Made by a program: the position numbers and the translations under genes
Assembly: GCF_001194135.2 (NCBI RefSeq)
Contig: NC_068996.1
Coordinates: 10,268,360 to 10,315,478, forward strand
Direction of reading: 5' to 3'
Length of the DNA stretch: 47,119 bases
From: Octopus bimaculoides
Lineage: Eukaryota
The notes under the pieces: model-generated
Told to the model about the DNA's origin: nothing
Databases searched by the model: none
The model's input: the letters and a program-made list of their open reading frames with translations, nothing else
Part shown: positions 12,511 through 25,502 of the stretch, in pieces
How the letters are laid out: each line of letters opens with the position of its first letter
How positions within the stretch are numbered: the first letter of the stretch is position 1

Positions 12511-13560
12511 TGAATAATAATAATAATAATAATAATCAATAATATTAATATGCTAACTTTTTGTTTTTTACGTACCTATTGTGTGCATCACACTTACTTC
12601 AAGGAAGTGGCAAAGCAAGAGAAAGGAGGACAGAGAGGAAGTAAGAGAGAGTGAGAGTGAGAGAAAGGGAGAATGAGAGAGAAAGTGAGAAAGAAAGAGA
12701 GTGAAAGAGACAGTGAGTTGTGACGGCGTTCATTTTGTGTTTTTAAATGTTTCAGAGAGGAAGTAAGAGAGAAAGAGAAAGAGACAGTGAGTGGTGACAG
12801 CATTCGTTTTGTGTTTTTAAATGTTTATCACATCGCAAGAGAAGCAGATACATAGATACATATACACATTGTTAAATCAAAAGTGGGAGAGAAGAGGGAC
12901 AGAAAGGAAGTGAAAGAGAAAGAGAGAAAGTGAGAGAAACAGTAGATACATAAATCCAAAGAAAAGGTCATATACAGATACATACACACAGCAAATATTG
13001 GATGTCAATTTCACTTTTCATTACCACATGAGGATAAAATTAACTCGCAAATGGCTGAGTACTCCACAGACATGCATAACATTAATGTAGTTTTCAGGGA
13101 GATTCAGCCTCACACAGAATATGACAAGGCTGGCCCCTTTTAATTACAGCTACAACTCGAGACATATACATATAAATGTATTGGTGTGCATGTATAGTTT
13201 AGGTTAGTTAAAACATGTTTGCAATAATAAGTGTCCTTTCTAATATAGGCACAAAGCCTGGAATTTTGGGTGAGTAAGTTAGTTGGTTAGATTGACCGTA
13301 ATGCTCAACTGGTACTTATTTTATCAACCCTGGAACGATGAAAGGCAAATTTGATGTAAGTGGAATTTGAACTCAGAATGTAAAGATGGAAGTAATGCCA
13401 CAAAGACTTTTGCCTGGTGTGCTAAATGTTTCAGCCAGTTTACTGTCTTAATATATAGTAAGAATGAATGATGTTTAACCCATTTGCTACTTATTTTAAA
13501 TCAGTATTTGAAACAGCATTTTATAGCTGAATGTTCTTTCCATCTCCAACTCTTTTCAAG

Positions 13561-13648
13561 TAACCCCTTAACATTCAGATTATTTTGTCAAATGTAATGC
13601 TTATCACATTATTACATTTGACAAAATAATCTGAATGTTAAAGGGTTA
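13561..13648. repeat. Short hairpin (collapsed TTAA-MITE termini), 38-bp arms, 12-nt loop
   Basis: taaccccttaacattcagattattttgtcaaatgtaat / attacatttgacaaaataatctgaatgttaaagggtta, 1 mismatch. Same family as 27800-28017. Confidence 0.85.
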
Positions 13649-14555
13649 ATTGAAAAAGAGTCGGAGACAAGAAGAGCATTCAACTATAAAATGTTGTTTC
13701 AAATAATTCCTCTCCTATCCCATGCTAGCAAGGAAAAATGGAGATTAAATGAACAAACAGACAGACACTTTAGTAAACTGTTCCAAAATGGTAATTACAT
13801 TAAAAATTAAATGAAACGCAAAAGTAGTTTACTGATTTGAAATAAGTTGCAAATGGATCAAACAAATTAAGTCACATCAATGACAAAGAAATTCCTTAAT
13901 TTGCTTGGTAAAGATCACTTTGGAATCTTTTTATTCTGGGTTCGAACCCATTGCGTAGCACCTTTAGCAAGTATCTTGTGCCGTACTTTTGAGCTGACTG
14001 AAACACTGACATTGAATCTGAATAGATAAATGAAACTATGCTGAAACCCAGTTTAATATTACCACTTGGCCCTTGGAGTCAGCTGAGCAGAGTCCACACC
14101 ATAAACTAATCATATCCAGCCCAAATATTTTACTTGTTCCATGTCCAAATCAGCCAGATCTAACCTTTTACACCTACCCTATAATGTCATTTTAAAAATA
14201 AACAATCACAATCTCAATGCTGTGAAATAACGTATGGTTAATTCAAAATGATGCGAGTAAATAAGCATTATATTTGGTAGACTAATCTGAATTATAAAGG
14301 GTTAAAGAATACAGGCAGGGTTTCCTGTCTGAGAACAATTCATAAGTTTTGATTTCTTGAAACTGTGCTTTATTTCCATCAACCTCAGACACCTGGAAAA
14401 ACAGTCGTGGATGCTACTCTTCTTCTCCAGACTAAGCCATTAAGAATTAAAAACAAAATTTTAAAAAAATATATACTTCTGGTCAAATTTAGAGAATGGT
14501 ATGAAAACATTAGTGATGTCTAAACAAGGAAAATAATGGGAAAATATTTATTTAC

Positions 14556-14680
14556 CTCTTCCACATTTATATCTTCTTTAGCACTGGCTTCAAATAGCAG
14601 TATTCCCATCTGGTTGGCAAACCTCTGAGCATCTTCTGTAAGAACCACTCGTTTTTCTTCATCGTCACACTTATTACCAA
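14556..14680 (-). CDS. Rab35: Rab35 coding exon 5 ([42 protein letters not shown])
   Basis: Acceptor atttctAG (ct at 14681-14682), donor GTAAAT. 125 nt; G4 NKxD and G5 SAK motifs; lies within ORF-track entry 14520..14729. Confidence 0.96.
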
Positions 14681-15076
14681 CTAGAAATATATATATATAA
14701 AAAAAAATAATTAACAAATGCTTTACCACATGTCAAGTTGAAAAGTTCCAAATATTGGTTTCAAATTTATACTAGTCTAAAAACTGGTGTTGTGTGTTCA
14801 CAGAGTTGTTTGCACTTTAAAGGAGGATGTGGGTGGAAATGCCCCTGGCCACAGTATGCCTATAGAAGGCAGTACCTTCATTCTTACATCCTCCACTATT
14901 GGATTTGTAAGCTTTGAATTACATTGAATCTGAAACAGGCCAACAAAAGGAAATAATCAAACCCCACAAAAGACATCCAATCCACAATAAAAATTGGATG
15001 CAGAGAAACTACAAGTAAAAACAAAAAAAAAACCCCCCAAAAACCTGGCAAAAAAAAGTTGTCTTAGATTTATACA

Positions 15077-15470
15077 GGTGCAAGAGTGGCTGTATGGTAG
15101 AAGCTTGCTTTCTAACTGCATGGTTCCTGGTTCAGTTCCACTGCCTGGTACCTTGAGCAAGTGTCTTCTATCATAGACTTGAGCTGATCAAGGCCTTGTG
15201 AATGGATTTGGTAGTCGGAAACTGAAAGAAGCCTGTCATGTATATGTGCGAGTGTGTGTATATTTGTCCCCCACCACAGCTTGACAACTGGTGTTTGTGT
15301 ATTTATGTCCCCATAACTTAGCAGTTCAGCAAAAGCAATTGATAGAATAAGTACCAGGCTTAGCAAAAAAGTAAGTACTGGGGTCAATTCATTTGAGTAA
15401 AAATTTTTCAAGAAAGTGCCCCAGCATGGCCACAGTCTAATGATCGAAACAAGTAAAAGAAAATAAAAAA
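15077..15470 (+). mobile_element. SINE family 1
   Basis: ggtgcaagagtggctgtatggtag head through the acaagtaaaaga tail. Confidence 0.85.
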
Positions 15471-16663
15471 GAAATAAGATTAATGAATAAACCATCTAGA
15501 AAAATTTTTTTAAATGCTAAATGAAACAGAACAATGGGAAGTAATATGGTGGAATCGTAAAATGGGTCACAAGTTTTGAATGTTGCTACCAACAAAGCAA
15601 GGTACATTACTCTAGTTGCTTCAGTCTGTTTAATCCTTGCATGCAACGGTTGTCAAAATTATAGTAATGATGTCTTACCTATAAATCATGAGTAATTAAT
15701 TGATTGAATTTACAGAATAATCTGCTAATACAGATTTAAAAATATTAGTATGAAACAGAAATCCAGTTTAATGCAATTTTTTAAAAAAATTGTTAGAAAA
15801 ATGAATTTAAGGCTAACCTTTTTTTACTGCAGAAGGCAGATATATCTACTCAAATATTTCATTATATTTAAATGCAGAAAGTAGTTTTATATACCAAATT
15901 TATCTTTTGTAGATGAATGTCATATTTGAAACCATTTGTTGCTGAGGTATGTCAAGTGTGTTGAGGCAAATATGACTGGGAGAAAATACCAATTCTATTT
16001 TTTGGTAGATATTTAACATTATTACTGGAACAATCATGAAATTTAATTTTACAGTGAAAATGGTAAGTTATTTTCTACATTTAAGGGAAAGCAAATTTGT
16101 AAATTCAGATCTTGAACAATAAGGTGAGTGTAGTTAGAAAGCAACTTGTGGGCATTCTAGTTTTTAAGTGAAGTAGTGAAAAAAAAAAACCTATATGATG
16201 GATAGCACATGACCTAATGGCTAGGGTGTTGTACTCATAATCTTGTGATGGTGGTTTTAATCTCCAGACTGGCATTTTACTTTTTTTTTTTTTTTGAGCA
16301 AACCACTTTTTATATTGTTCCAGTCCACTCAGCTGTAAATGGGTAAAACCGCAACGGACTGGCTTTTCATTCAAGGAAAATGTTGGCTTTCCTGCCTAGT
16401 CAGTAGGGTGACATCATTCGAAAACTACAACAAGTAGGAAGCACATTGTAACCAGTGATGTATAACATCTGGTAGTCAGATTGATACAGTGGTACAGTGT
16501 AAAGAACTTATAAGAAATAAAATTAATAATTCATGAAGAAAGAGATACTTGCTCAATATAACACGAAAAAGACAGAATCAGGAAACAGTATCAAAATTTA
16601 ACCCATTAATGGTTTATCACAAAAATTTTCTTTTAAATTTCCTAAAATGTAATGATTATTTAC

Positions 16664-16848
16664 ATTATTTACATTATATACATTTGACGGATATTCGTCC
16701 TCATCTTTTTTGTTGTTAACACAACGTTTCGGCTGATATACCCTCCAGCCTTCGTCAGGAAGGCTGGAGGGTATATCAGCCGAAACGTTGTGTTAACAAC
16801 AAACAAGATGAGGACGAATATCCGTCAAATGTAAATAATGTAAATAAT
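16664..16848. repeat. Near-perfect 90-bp-arm fold-back, Penelope-like pLTR remnant
   Basis: Arms 16664-16753 and 16759-16848 with 2 mismatches, loop gtcag. Direct repeat tgtaatgattatt at 16648-16660 and 16872-16884 is a candidate TSD. Confidence 0.9.
16718..16758 (-). ncRNA. Minimal type I hammerhead ribozyme motif lacking the 5' arm of stem I
   Basis: CUGACGA-A-GGCUG(GAGGGUAUAU)CAGCC-GAAAC-GUU-GUGUU; palindromic AACGUU stem III. Confidence 0.7.
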
Positions 16849-17204
16849 TCCTCATCTCTTAAATATAGAACTGTAATGATTATTGTCGTTTATCCTCAGA
16901 GCTACCCAAATCTTGTATACCTTAAAGACTTAATTTTCCATCTGTACCTAACCAATTTTTGAAACAAGGAACAGTCTATTTTGGACTACATTATTTAGTG
17001 TGTCTCACTTTGGTTTTGCAGCCATTGTTTATCTCCAAATCGACTCCAGTTCAGTATATCTATCGTTCAACAATGACCACTATTTTTTTCATTCTCCAGA
17101 TATAATTAATGTGTTTTGGACCATATCTTTCAGTGTCTTTCCTCTGTTTATCCCCAGATCCAGTAAACCTATGATAAAAGGGGTTCCATTTAATTTATAA
17201 AGAT

Positions 17205-17585
17205 TACTCTTTTACTTGTTTCAGTCATTTGACTGTGACCATGGTGGGGCATCGCCTTTAGTTGAGCAAATCGACCCCAGGACTTATTCTTTGTAAGCCT
17301 AGTACTTATTCTATCGGTCTATTTTGCCGAACTGCTAAGTTACGGGGACATAAACACACCAGCATCGGTTGTCAAGCGATGTTGGGGGGACAAACACAGA
17401 CACACAAACATACATATATACGACAGTCTTCTTTCAGTTTCCGTCTACCAAATCCACTCACAAAGCTTTGGTCGACCCGAGGCTATAGTAGAAGACACTT
17501 GCCCAAGGTGCCACGCAGTGGGACTGAACCTGGAACCATGTGGTTCGTAAGCAAGCTACTTACCACACAGCCACTCCTGTGCCTA
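17205..17585 (-). mobile_element. SINE family 1 (young, near full length)
   Basis: ttactcttttacttgtttcagtc tail to ccacacagccactcctgtgcc head. Confidence 0.9.
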
Positions 17586-18097
17586 TAACTTCCAGCATTT
17601 CTTTTTTACCCCCCAAAGCTCTAGCTCAGCAAATCTATGACCAAAGATATTCCGGCCATGATCAGTGCATCCTGCTTCCTAAGATTCTTGAGTTCTGGGA
17701 CTTGTAGAGACAGTTACCCAGTTTCCATGACATATAAGTAACCGGGATCATAATATTCCCTCAGAACAAAACACCAATCTGTCACAGGGTTACGCACTTA
17801 CAGCTGAGTGGACTGCAGCAACGTGAAATGAAGTGTTTTGCTCAAGAATACAACTCACTGCCTAACCTGGGAATTGAAACTACAATGTTCCAATCATAAG
17901 TGCAACATCTTAACCACTTGGTCATGTTCTTTCAGAATTAGGGTTACATCATTGAATATTTCTTCCCTTTTTGGAATAGGAGGAATTAATTTAAGAGAGG
18001 TCCTGCTAGTTTTTCTAGCAGACAGACGAACAATATAGAAGCTCTTCATTGACTTTATATGTATAATCTATAAATAGATTATACAAATAATTTTTAT

Positions 18098-18368
18098 ATG
18101 TACAATCTGTATATGTATAATCTATATGTGTATAACCTATATGTGTATAATCTATATGTGTATAATCTATATATGTATAATCTATATGTGTATAATCTAT
18201 ATATGTATAATCTATATGTGTATAATTTATATATGTATAATCTATATGTGTATAATCTATATGTGTATAATCTATATGTGTATAATCTATATGTGTATAA
18301 TCTATATATGTATAATTTATATATGTATAATCTATATATGTATAATCTACATGTGTATAATCTATATA
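18098..18368. repeat. 15-bp minisatellite (TATAATCTATATRTG), about 18 copies
   Basis: Direct periodicity; gives the spurious YNLYV / CIIYM ORFs. Confidence 0.9.
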
Positions 18369-20440
18369 TGATTTAAGAACACAAAGGAAGAAATTTTGAC
18401 TTTTTATAATTCTGGTAGAAAATTCAGCAAAATAATGAGAAGTCAGACAGATTTTTTAATACTACTGGAGTGGTATAGGTACAGGCATAGCTATGTGGTA
18501 AGACGTTTGCTTCTTACCCATATGCTTTCATGTTTAATCCCACTGTATGGTGTGTTGGGTGTCTTTTACTATAGCCCCAGACTGACCAAAGCCTTGAGAG
18601 TGGATTAGGTAGACAGAAACTAAAAAAAAAAAAAACTTCATACACACACACATATACGATTCAGATAATGTATCTGAATTGTATACGTGGATGGATGGAT
18701 GGATGTCTCAGTATACTCCTGACTCATGAGAACATGGAAATGTGGATGTTAAACTGACGATGATGCTGATAAAGTATAAAAGAACAATAGGCCATAAGAA
18801 ATAACATGGAGACAAGTTTTTTTTTTTTTTAATTTCCATTCTGTAAGACCTATTGAATACTTCCAGTTGTTAATGCTTTCATTACGGAATACTTTCATTC
18901 TTCAGTAAACATAATTTTTTGTATAGGGCCTTTGAATTTCAAATTTCATGTTGATATTGATCGGTGCCCTTCCTGTCACCAACCTGCCAAACAAGGTAAT
19001 ATTTCTCCATAGCCAGACATGTTTTTCATAGAAGACTGAAAATGAAAGATACCACTTGTATGACAACAAACATGTATGTACATTTATATATAATGAGCTT
19101 CTTTCGGTTTCCATCTACTAAATCCATACCTAAAGCTTTGGTCAGCTCAGGACTATAGTATAAGCCACTTGCCCAAAATGCTATACAGCGGGACTCAACA
19201 CGAGACCACATAATTGAGAAGCAAGCTTCTGAACCACTCAGCCAAACCTCAGTTATGCTCCAATTGGAAACTTGCTCCAAATGCTTGAAGTAGAATGAAC
19301 TCAGCTAAAGGCACCAAGGGTCTGGTACTTGTGTGAAAATGGATTAAGCCTGTCACCTGAATAAACATCATTGCAGAACTTGGATGCTTTTCTAAACCCC
19401 ATCCATGGTGGATATCCAGACTAGAAAAATGTCAGAAAATACTTCAGTACAGACTAATGAAAGTATTATGTCCCTTTGTCTCCCATTATTTATTTATTTC
19501 AGTCGTTGGACTGCAACCACGCTGGAGCATGGCCTAGAAGGATTTTAGTTGGATAAATCAACCCCAGTGTTTATTTTTTTAAAGTCTGATACTTATTCTC
19601 TCAATCTCTTTTGCCAAACCACTAAGTTACAGGTATGAAAACCAACTAACACTGTTTATTGAAGAGTGGTGGGGGATAAACAGAAACGTATAGACACACA
19701 CATACATACACAAACACACATATATGAGCTTCTTTCAGTTTCTATCTACCATATCCATTCACAAGACTTTGGTCAACCCAAGGTTATAAATACCCAACCA
19801 TGGTGCCACACAGTGGGACTGAATCTGGTACCATGTGGTTGGAAAGAAGACTTCACATCACACAGGCGCACTTCTGCCTTTCTTTGTTTCAAAGTTAACT
19901 AAAATGCATTCAGTATAACTGGAGGAGAAGGTGGAGGAGAGAGAGTGGAGGGAATCAAACGCAACATCAGAAATACAAACTTGAGAAAAAAAAATAAATT
20001 AGATCTGATAAGAGGGTTTCACAGATGAGTTACTACAAGACAGAAAGTTCTAGACAGAAATTTTGATATTGTTCAACATGCACTAGTATTTAAGGGGGGA
20101 AAAAAAAGTCCCATATGTTCACCGTCATCATTTTACATTCATTTTGCCAAATTTAGGGGTGGATGGATACAACAGTATCTGAGCTCCTGTCGCAGTCTTT
20201 TTGTCACTTGGGAAATGTCTTTGTTATTGTGTGATATGGTTTTCCAGCAACTGGAGGCATATTTGTGTGATTAAGAAGTTAAGTAAAAGAATAAAATATT
20301 TTGCGTATTGTAGAAGTATGACTGATTTATTGCAAGTAAATTTTAACTATAAATATAGACCCCTAAGGGCCATACGGATTCCCGTTGAGAACCACTGGCG
20401 TAGATGATTGGTTAGAAATATCAAATATTATTAAACTTAC

Positions 20441-20565
20441 CTAAAATTCGACTGACTAGATCACAGTTTTGGTCAATTTCATGTAACCAGCGCTTCACAT
20501 TAGCAAAAGATTCTCCACTAGTAACATCATAAACTATTATAACTCCATGAGTTCCTCTGTAGTAC
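20441..20565 (-). CDS. Rab35: Rab35 coding exon 4 ([41 protein letters not shown])
   Basis: Acceptor ttttacAG (ct at 20566-20567), donor GTAAGT. 125 nt; frame consistent with both neighbours. Confidence 0.97.
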
Positions 20566-21939
20566 CTGTAAAAGACAGATTAAAATGAGTACCTGTATTG
20601 CACTGTCAGATAAATTCCTTCATTTCTTTCTTTTCCATTTATTTTAATCCTCTCCTATCATTATATTTGGGGGATGATCATATTTTTTGCCAATTAATCA
20701 CATGTGCTGTATACTTGGTCTTCACATCAGCTTTATTATCATTATTTTTATTTCATTGTCTTTTGTCTGGAAATCTTTTCTCATACATACTATGACCTTT
20801 TTCAGTGATCCACCATCCCACATGCCTCCTTCTGTTCTATTTAGTCCATTCTAAGACTAAAGAATGAACTAAACAGTGAGAATGGACTAAATAGAGCAGG
20901 AAGAGACACGTGAAATGGAGAGTTGCAGAAGAGGTCACAGGATGTATGACAAACGTTTTCCAGACACTGTACACTAAAATAAGGATAATAATAAAACCGA
21001 AGTGGTGAGTGGTTATTTGGCAAAAATATGACCATCCCCAAGTATAACAATATTTGTTTCAATACACAGTTTCACATCAGGAATCTTGCAAAACAAATAC
21101 ATAAATGTAATATTTTTTTATCATAGGTGATTTTTTTTGCTGCATTTTTCTATAACTTTAGTTGATATTTTTTTTTTTTTTTTTAATTTGAAGTAATTCT
21201 ACCTCTTTTCAGACATATGATTATCATGTAGAAAAATAACATGAATTTATTTGACAACCCAGTAAAATATATCTTATATTCTTTATTTTAATATTTGTAT
21301 TGATTTAATTTGTAAACTCGTTATTTTAACTCATTAAAAATAAATTTTTTGGTCTGAAGAGGAATGGTTAGGTTTAAGCCATAACCTTTTATAGACTCTT
21401 CTTCACTAGAATTGGTATAGCAATTCATTTAGGCTTCAAGTTCCATAGGTTAATGGATCAAAACGAAATTTGTAATTTTAGAAAACTAGCTACAACAGAA
21501 AAAAATTGTAAAGATCAAACAGCTATGTAAAAAAGCTATGAGCTACGTGACAATAAATTATATATACATATATAGAATACTTTATGCATATACACTATTG
21601 ATAGGCCAGGTACTATGGGATTTATTCTGAGATAACATCTCTTAGGGGCTAGCTGTGTTAAAAACACAAATATGAGAGGGAGAGAGAGAGATGGAAATTC
21701 AAAAGCAAGTAAGAACAACAGATACATTTTGGCCATTTGGGATTTTTTTATGACACGTACTCTCTCTGACATTTATTGTGGTCTTAATATTGCTAATCCA
21801 TAAAGGATGTTACATCAAAATAAATACTGTAGTAGTTGGCCTATTGACAGCGTATATGCATGAAGTATGTCGTACATGTGGCTATTTTTATAAAATACTG
21901 CCTCAATTGCGTATACCAGATATATATGTATATATATAT

Positions 21940-22606
21940 AGACCCAGGAAGACATGGGATGAGGTGGTGAAGCATGACCTTCGTACGTTGAGCCTCACAG
22001 AGGCAATGACAGGAGACTGAGACCTAGGGAGATATATTGCGATTGAGAAGACCCAGCAACTAAAGTGAGATTGCAGCCATGGCCGATGCCAGTGTTGCAT
22101 GTTTGGCTCATTTAAAAGTACCCTTGATGCATTAGGTGATATGATATGTTTGAGAAGACCTGTTGAGTCAAGTAAAACCAAAATCGTACCTGTGGACAGT
22201 GCCCTCTGACTGACTCCTGTGTTGGTGGCACGTAAAAACCACCATCCAAATATGGACGATGCCAGGTCTGCCTGACTGGTGCCCATGCTGGTGGCATGTA
22301 AAAAGCGCCATCCAAATGTGACTGATGCCAGTGCCCCCTGACTAGCTCTCGTGCCAGTGGCACGTAAAAAGCACTATCTGAACAAGAACGATGCCAGGAC
22401 CACCTGACTGGCTCCCATGCTGCTGGCACATAAAAAGCACCCACTACACTCTTGGGGTGGTTGGCGTTAGGAAGGGCATCCAGTTGCAGAAACATTGCCA
22501 GATCAGATTGGAGCCTGGTGCAGCTGCTGGCTTTCCAGACCTCAGTCAAACCGTCCAACCCATGCTAGCATGGAAAGTGGACATTAAATGATGATGATGA
22601 TGATAA
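21940..22606 (+). mobile_element. RTE LINE 3' end (ORF C-terminus RPRKTWDEVVKHDLRTL + 3' UTR with internal tandem subrepeats)
   Basis: Matches 6728-6790 (-). Subrepeats built on ggtggcacgtaaaaa at 22220-22440; (GAT)n tail. Confidence 0.9.
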
Positions 22607-22613
22607 TGATATA

Positions 22614-23160
22614 CAGGGTGTCCCAGAATTAACTATCTATTTCAGTGAAATTGGACAATTTTCTTAAAAAATCACTTTTATCTATGTTTAATATTTGTTA
22701 AAATTCTATAAATTTTTTATTTCGTTCATAATTTAAAATATTTATAATTTTTTTTTTTTTTGTTATAATTTTATTTTCATTCCTTTTGGATCCTGCTTGT
22801 TTGTCCACAACAGTTTTTTTTTCAATGTGGCTGCAATCATTTTCTTTACTTCCACCCCCAGGATGGAGCAATAGTTTAGCTGAACTTAAAGAATGCAATC
22901 AGTTAGCAGCAGTGCAGGAGATAACTCCTTACATTCTTCAAAATGTGTTTTTGCAAGACTAAGGATAGATTTTAAATTTGCAAGGATACAGATGGAACAC
23001 ATGTTGAACATTTTCAATAAAACTTTGACATAAAATTTATAAATCTATTTTTTTTTTTTGGTTAGTACCATAACTAAGTAATAAACATAAAATTCTGTCA
23101 GTTTTTTTTTTTAATTTGCCCAATTTCATTGAAATTGGCGGTTAATCCTGGGACATCCTT
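22614..23160. mobile_element. TA-flanked MITE (Tc1/mariner-type ends)
   Basis: TA+CAGGGTGTCCCAGAATTAAC ... GTTAATCCTGGGACATCCTT+TA. Confidence 0.75.
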
Positions 23161-23576
23161 TATAAATCAAGACAATGATAGGAAGGATTATTGACTGGTA
23201 GATGGTTTGCATGTTTGTTTGTCAGCACTATCTAGTCATCTTTAAGGATGACTGATGATTTGTGCAGTGACTTTGTTTGAAGTGAAGAAGAGTTCTGCAC
23301 TGTCAATCTCATTCTCTCACCTGTGACCATCTTCAATCCAATCAAGGTGAAGTCAAGGTAACTGAGCAATGGAAACGGATGCATGGATGACCAAGATATC
23401 CTACATGTCTCATCTTGCTCTCTGCAATCTGCAAAGCATTGCTGCAGTCAAATTCCTCTCTGTTGAACCATGAAAATTTCTTCCACAGAGTCTGCCAGAT
23501 CCAGTCTTCACATGCATAGGCAGGTAAGCTGTAATATGCTAATTAACCCCTAGATGGAACCTTAACAGGGGCTACT

Positions 23577-23802
23577 ACTGGCAGAAACGTTACCCCGTCG
23601 GGCGAAATGCTTAGCGGTATTTCGTCTGCCATTACGTTCTGAGTTCAAATTCCGCCGAGGTCGACTTTGCCTTTCATCCTTTCGGGGGTCGATAAATTAA
23701 GTACCAGTTACGCACTGGGGTCGATGTAATCGACTTTATCCCTTTGTCTGTCCTTGTTTGTCCCCTTTATGTTTAGCCCCTTGTGGGCAGTAAAGAAATA
23801 AG
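23577..23802 (+). mobile_element. SINE family 2, CpG-rich young copy
   Basis: ctggcagaaacgtta...gttctgagttcaaattccgccgaggtcgactttgcctttcatcc...taaagaaataag. Confidence 0.9.
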
Positions 23803-24077
23803 AGTAGACCTGAGAACAACAGCGGTTAAGGGATGGTTTCACATGCCTCAAAATGGTTAAACTCCCAATCTAGAGCCCCACTATTTAAAGTCAGACCCCA
23901 GAAATGGTATTTTACTTTAGTACTTGATCTGGTTAATAAAGTACTTAACAACAAGTCAATCCTGTCCAGTGAGAGATTATATTATTTATCTTCCATCATC
24001 AGAAACTGGTGAGTGTCACAAAACATTAGTCAGTTAATCAACTATTAAATAACCATTTGATATAACGCAATTGTGGA

Positions 24078-24385
24078 GAAACAATGGCCAAGGGTTTGGG
24101 CAGCCGACTCGCGGTCGGAGGATCGTGGTTTTGATTTCCAGACTGGGCGTTGTGTGTGTTTATTGAGCGAAAACACCTAAAGCTCCACGAAGCTCCAGCA
24201 GGGGGTAGGTGGCGACCCCTGTTGTACTCTTTTGCCCCAACTTTCTTTCACTCTTTCTTCCTGTTTCTTGAGTAACTCTGCGATGGACTGGCGTCCCGTC
24301 CAGCTGGCGGGGAACACATACGCCATAGAAACCGGGAAACCAGGCCCATGAGCCTGGCTAGGCTTTAAAAGGGCACATAAATAAC
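24078..24385 (+). mobile_element. tRNA-derived SINE family 3
   Basis: tRNA-like head (...tggcccaagggtttgggcagccgactcgcggtc...ggttttgatttcc) plus the gcgatggactggcgtcccgtccag body motif. Related decayed copies at about 27345-27550 and 17750-17920. Confidence 0.7.
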
Positions 24386-24750
24386 GCTACAATATAATTT
24401 GATTTAATGAACTAGTCATATACAGTTAAGTTCACTTCTTCTTGAATGCCAAGTGTCTGCTGGGTCATTGTTGATTCAAGTTTCTGCAGTGTTACATGAA
24501 TGACATACAAAAATTATGGTAGACAGAATGCTGGTCTGCTATTACAAGTAACTTACTGCAGTTGACATTGATACTGTAGTTCAACAAAACATCTGTTAAT
24601 TTTACACTGCTGCCACTGGTTACAACAGTGAAATATACCACCTGTTGGATGCTTACTTACAGCTAGGTGGACTGGGCTAGCTGAGTTGATAGGGACATAC
24701 ACTTACAAACACAAATGTATTCAAAAACCAGATTTGAATTTGTGAGCTGT

Positions 24751-24779
24751 GGTTAGGGTTAGGGTTAGGGTTAGGGTTA
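24751..24779 (+). repeat. Interstitial (TTAGGG)4
   Basis: ggttagggttagggttagggttagggtta. Confidence 0.8.
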
Positions 24780-25378
24780 TAGTTGATATAAACATTGAAA
24801 GTGATAGTAATTTGTGAGGTCGATCTTCAAACAAGGAGGGAAAAAAACGGTAACTAAATATGAATGCAAGATAACAATGGCCCAAAACATGGTAAAAAAG
24901 GGGGGGGGGGAAACAAGAAATGAATCTGAAGAACTATGTAAGAAATTTATTATTTGATATCAAAATTTTTATCACACCAGCTGAGACCTGATCACTGAAA
25001 CAATTCCAATACATGTCTGAGATGCAGTAGAATCGCATCGGTGATCATGCAGCAGTGGGAGAAATGAAAATTTTGACACTAAATAACAAATGTGTAAGTG
25101 AAATTGAGACAATTGCGAAGTAGATGACACATATTATCAATTTCAATTCATAGTCTCAGATCAAATCACACGCCTGACAAGTTACACCTTTGAAATATGT
25201 ATCAAATACTATAAAACAAGGGTTAGTATTTCGAAATGTATAGTTTGCTGTTTCAATTCTTGGTTGGAGCAACTTCAGTGTTTGTTATATTTTCAATACT
25301 TTGGAAAGACATGAATGATACATACCCTTATATCACCAATCTAATAAGTAGTCTGTGGATGAAAGAAAATATGCTTAC

Positions 25379-25502
25379 GTTGATGTAATAGTTCGGAATC
25401 GTTCTTGGCCAGCAGTGTCCCAGATCTGGAGTTTGACTTTCTCTCCATTACATTCTACTGTTCGGATTTTAAAGTCAACTCCTATTGTGGTTATATATGA
25501 TG
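25379..25502 (-). CDS. Rab35: Rab35 coding exon 3 (switch [44 protein letters not shown])
   Basis: Acceptor ttttcAG (ct at 25503-25504), donor GTAAGC. 124 nt; contains IGVDF and WDTAGQE. Confidence 0.97.

Noticed and set aside
18098-18368. Regular repeat array as CRISPR-like
   Set aside because: No unique spacers, eukaryotic context; simple 15-bp minisatellite.
23577-23660. tRNA genes in SINE heads
   Set aside because: Only A/B-box-like remnants fused to SINE bodies; no complete cloverleaf.
24751-24779. (TTAGGG)4 as a telomere or fusion scar
   Set aside because: Only four units with no subtelomeric context; compatible with an ordinary microsatellite.
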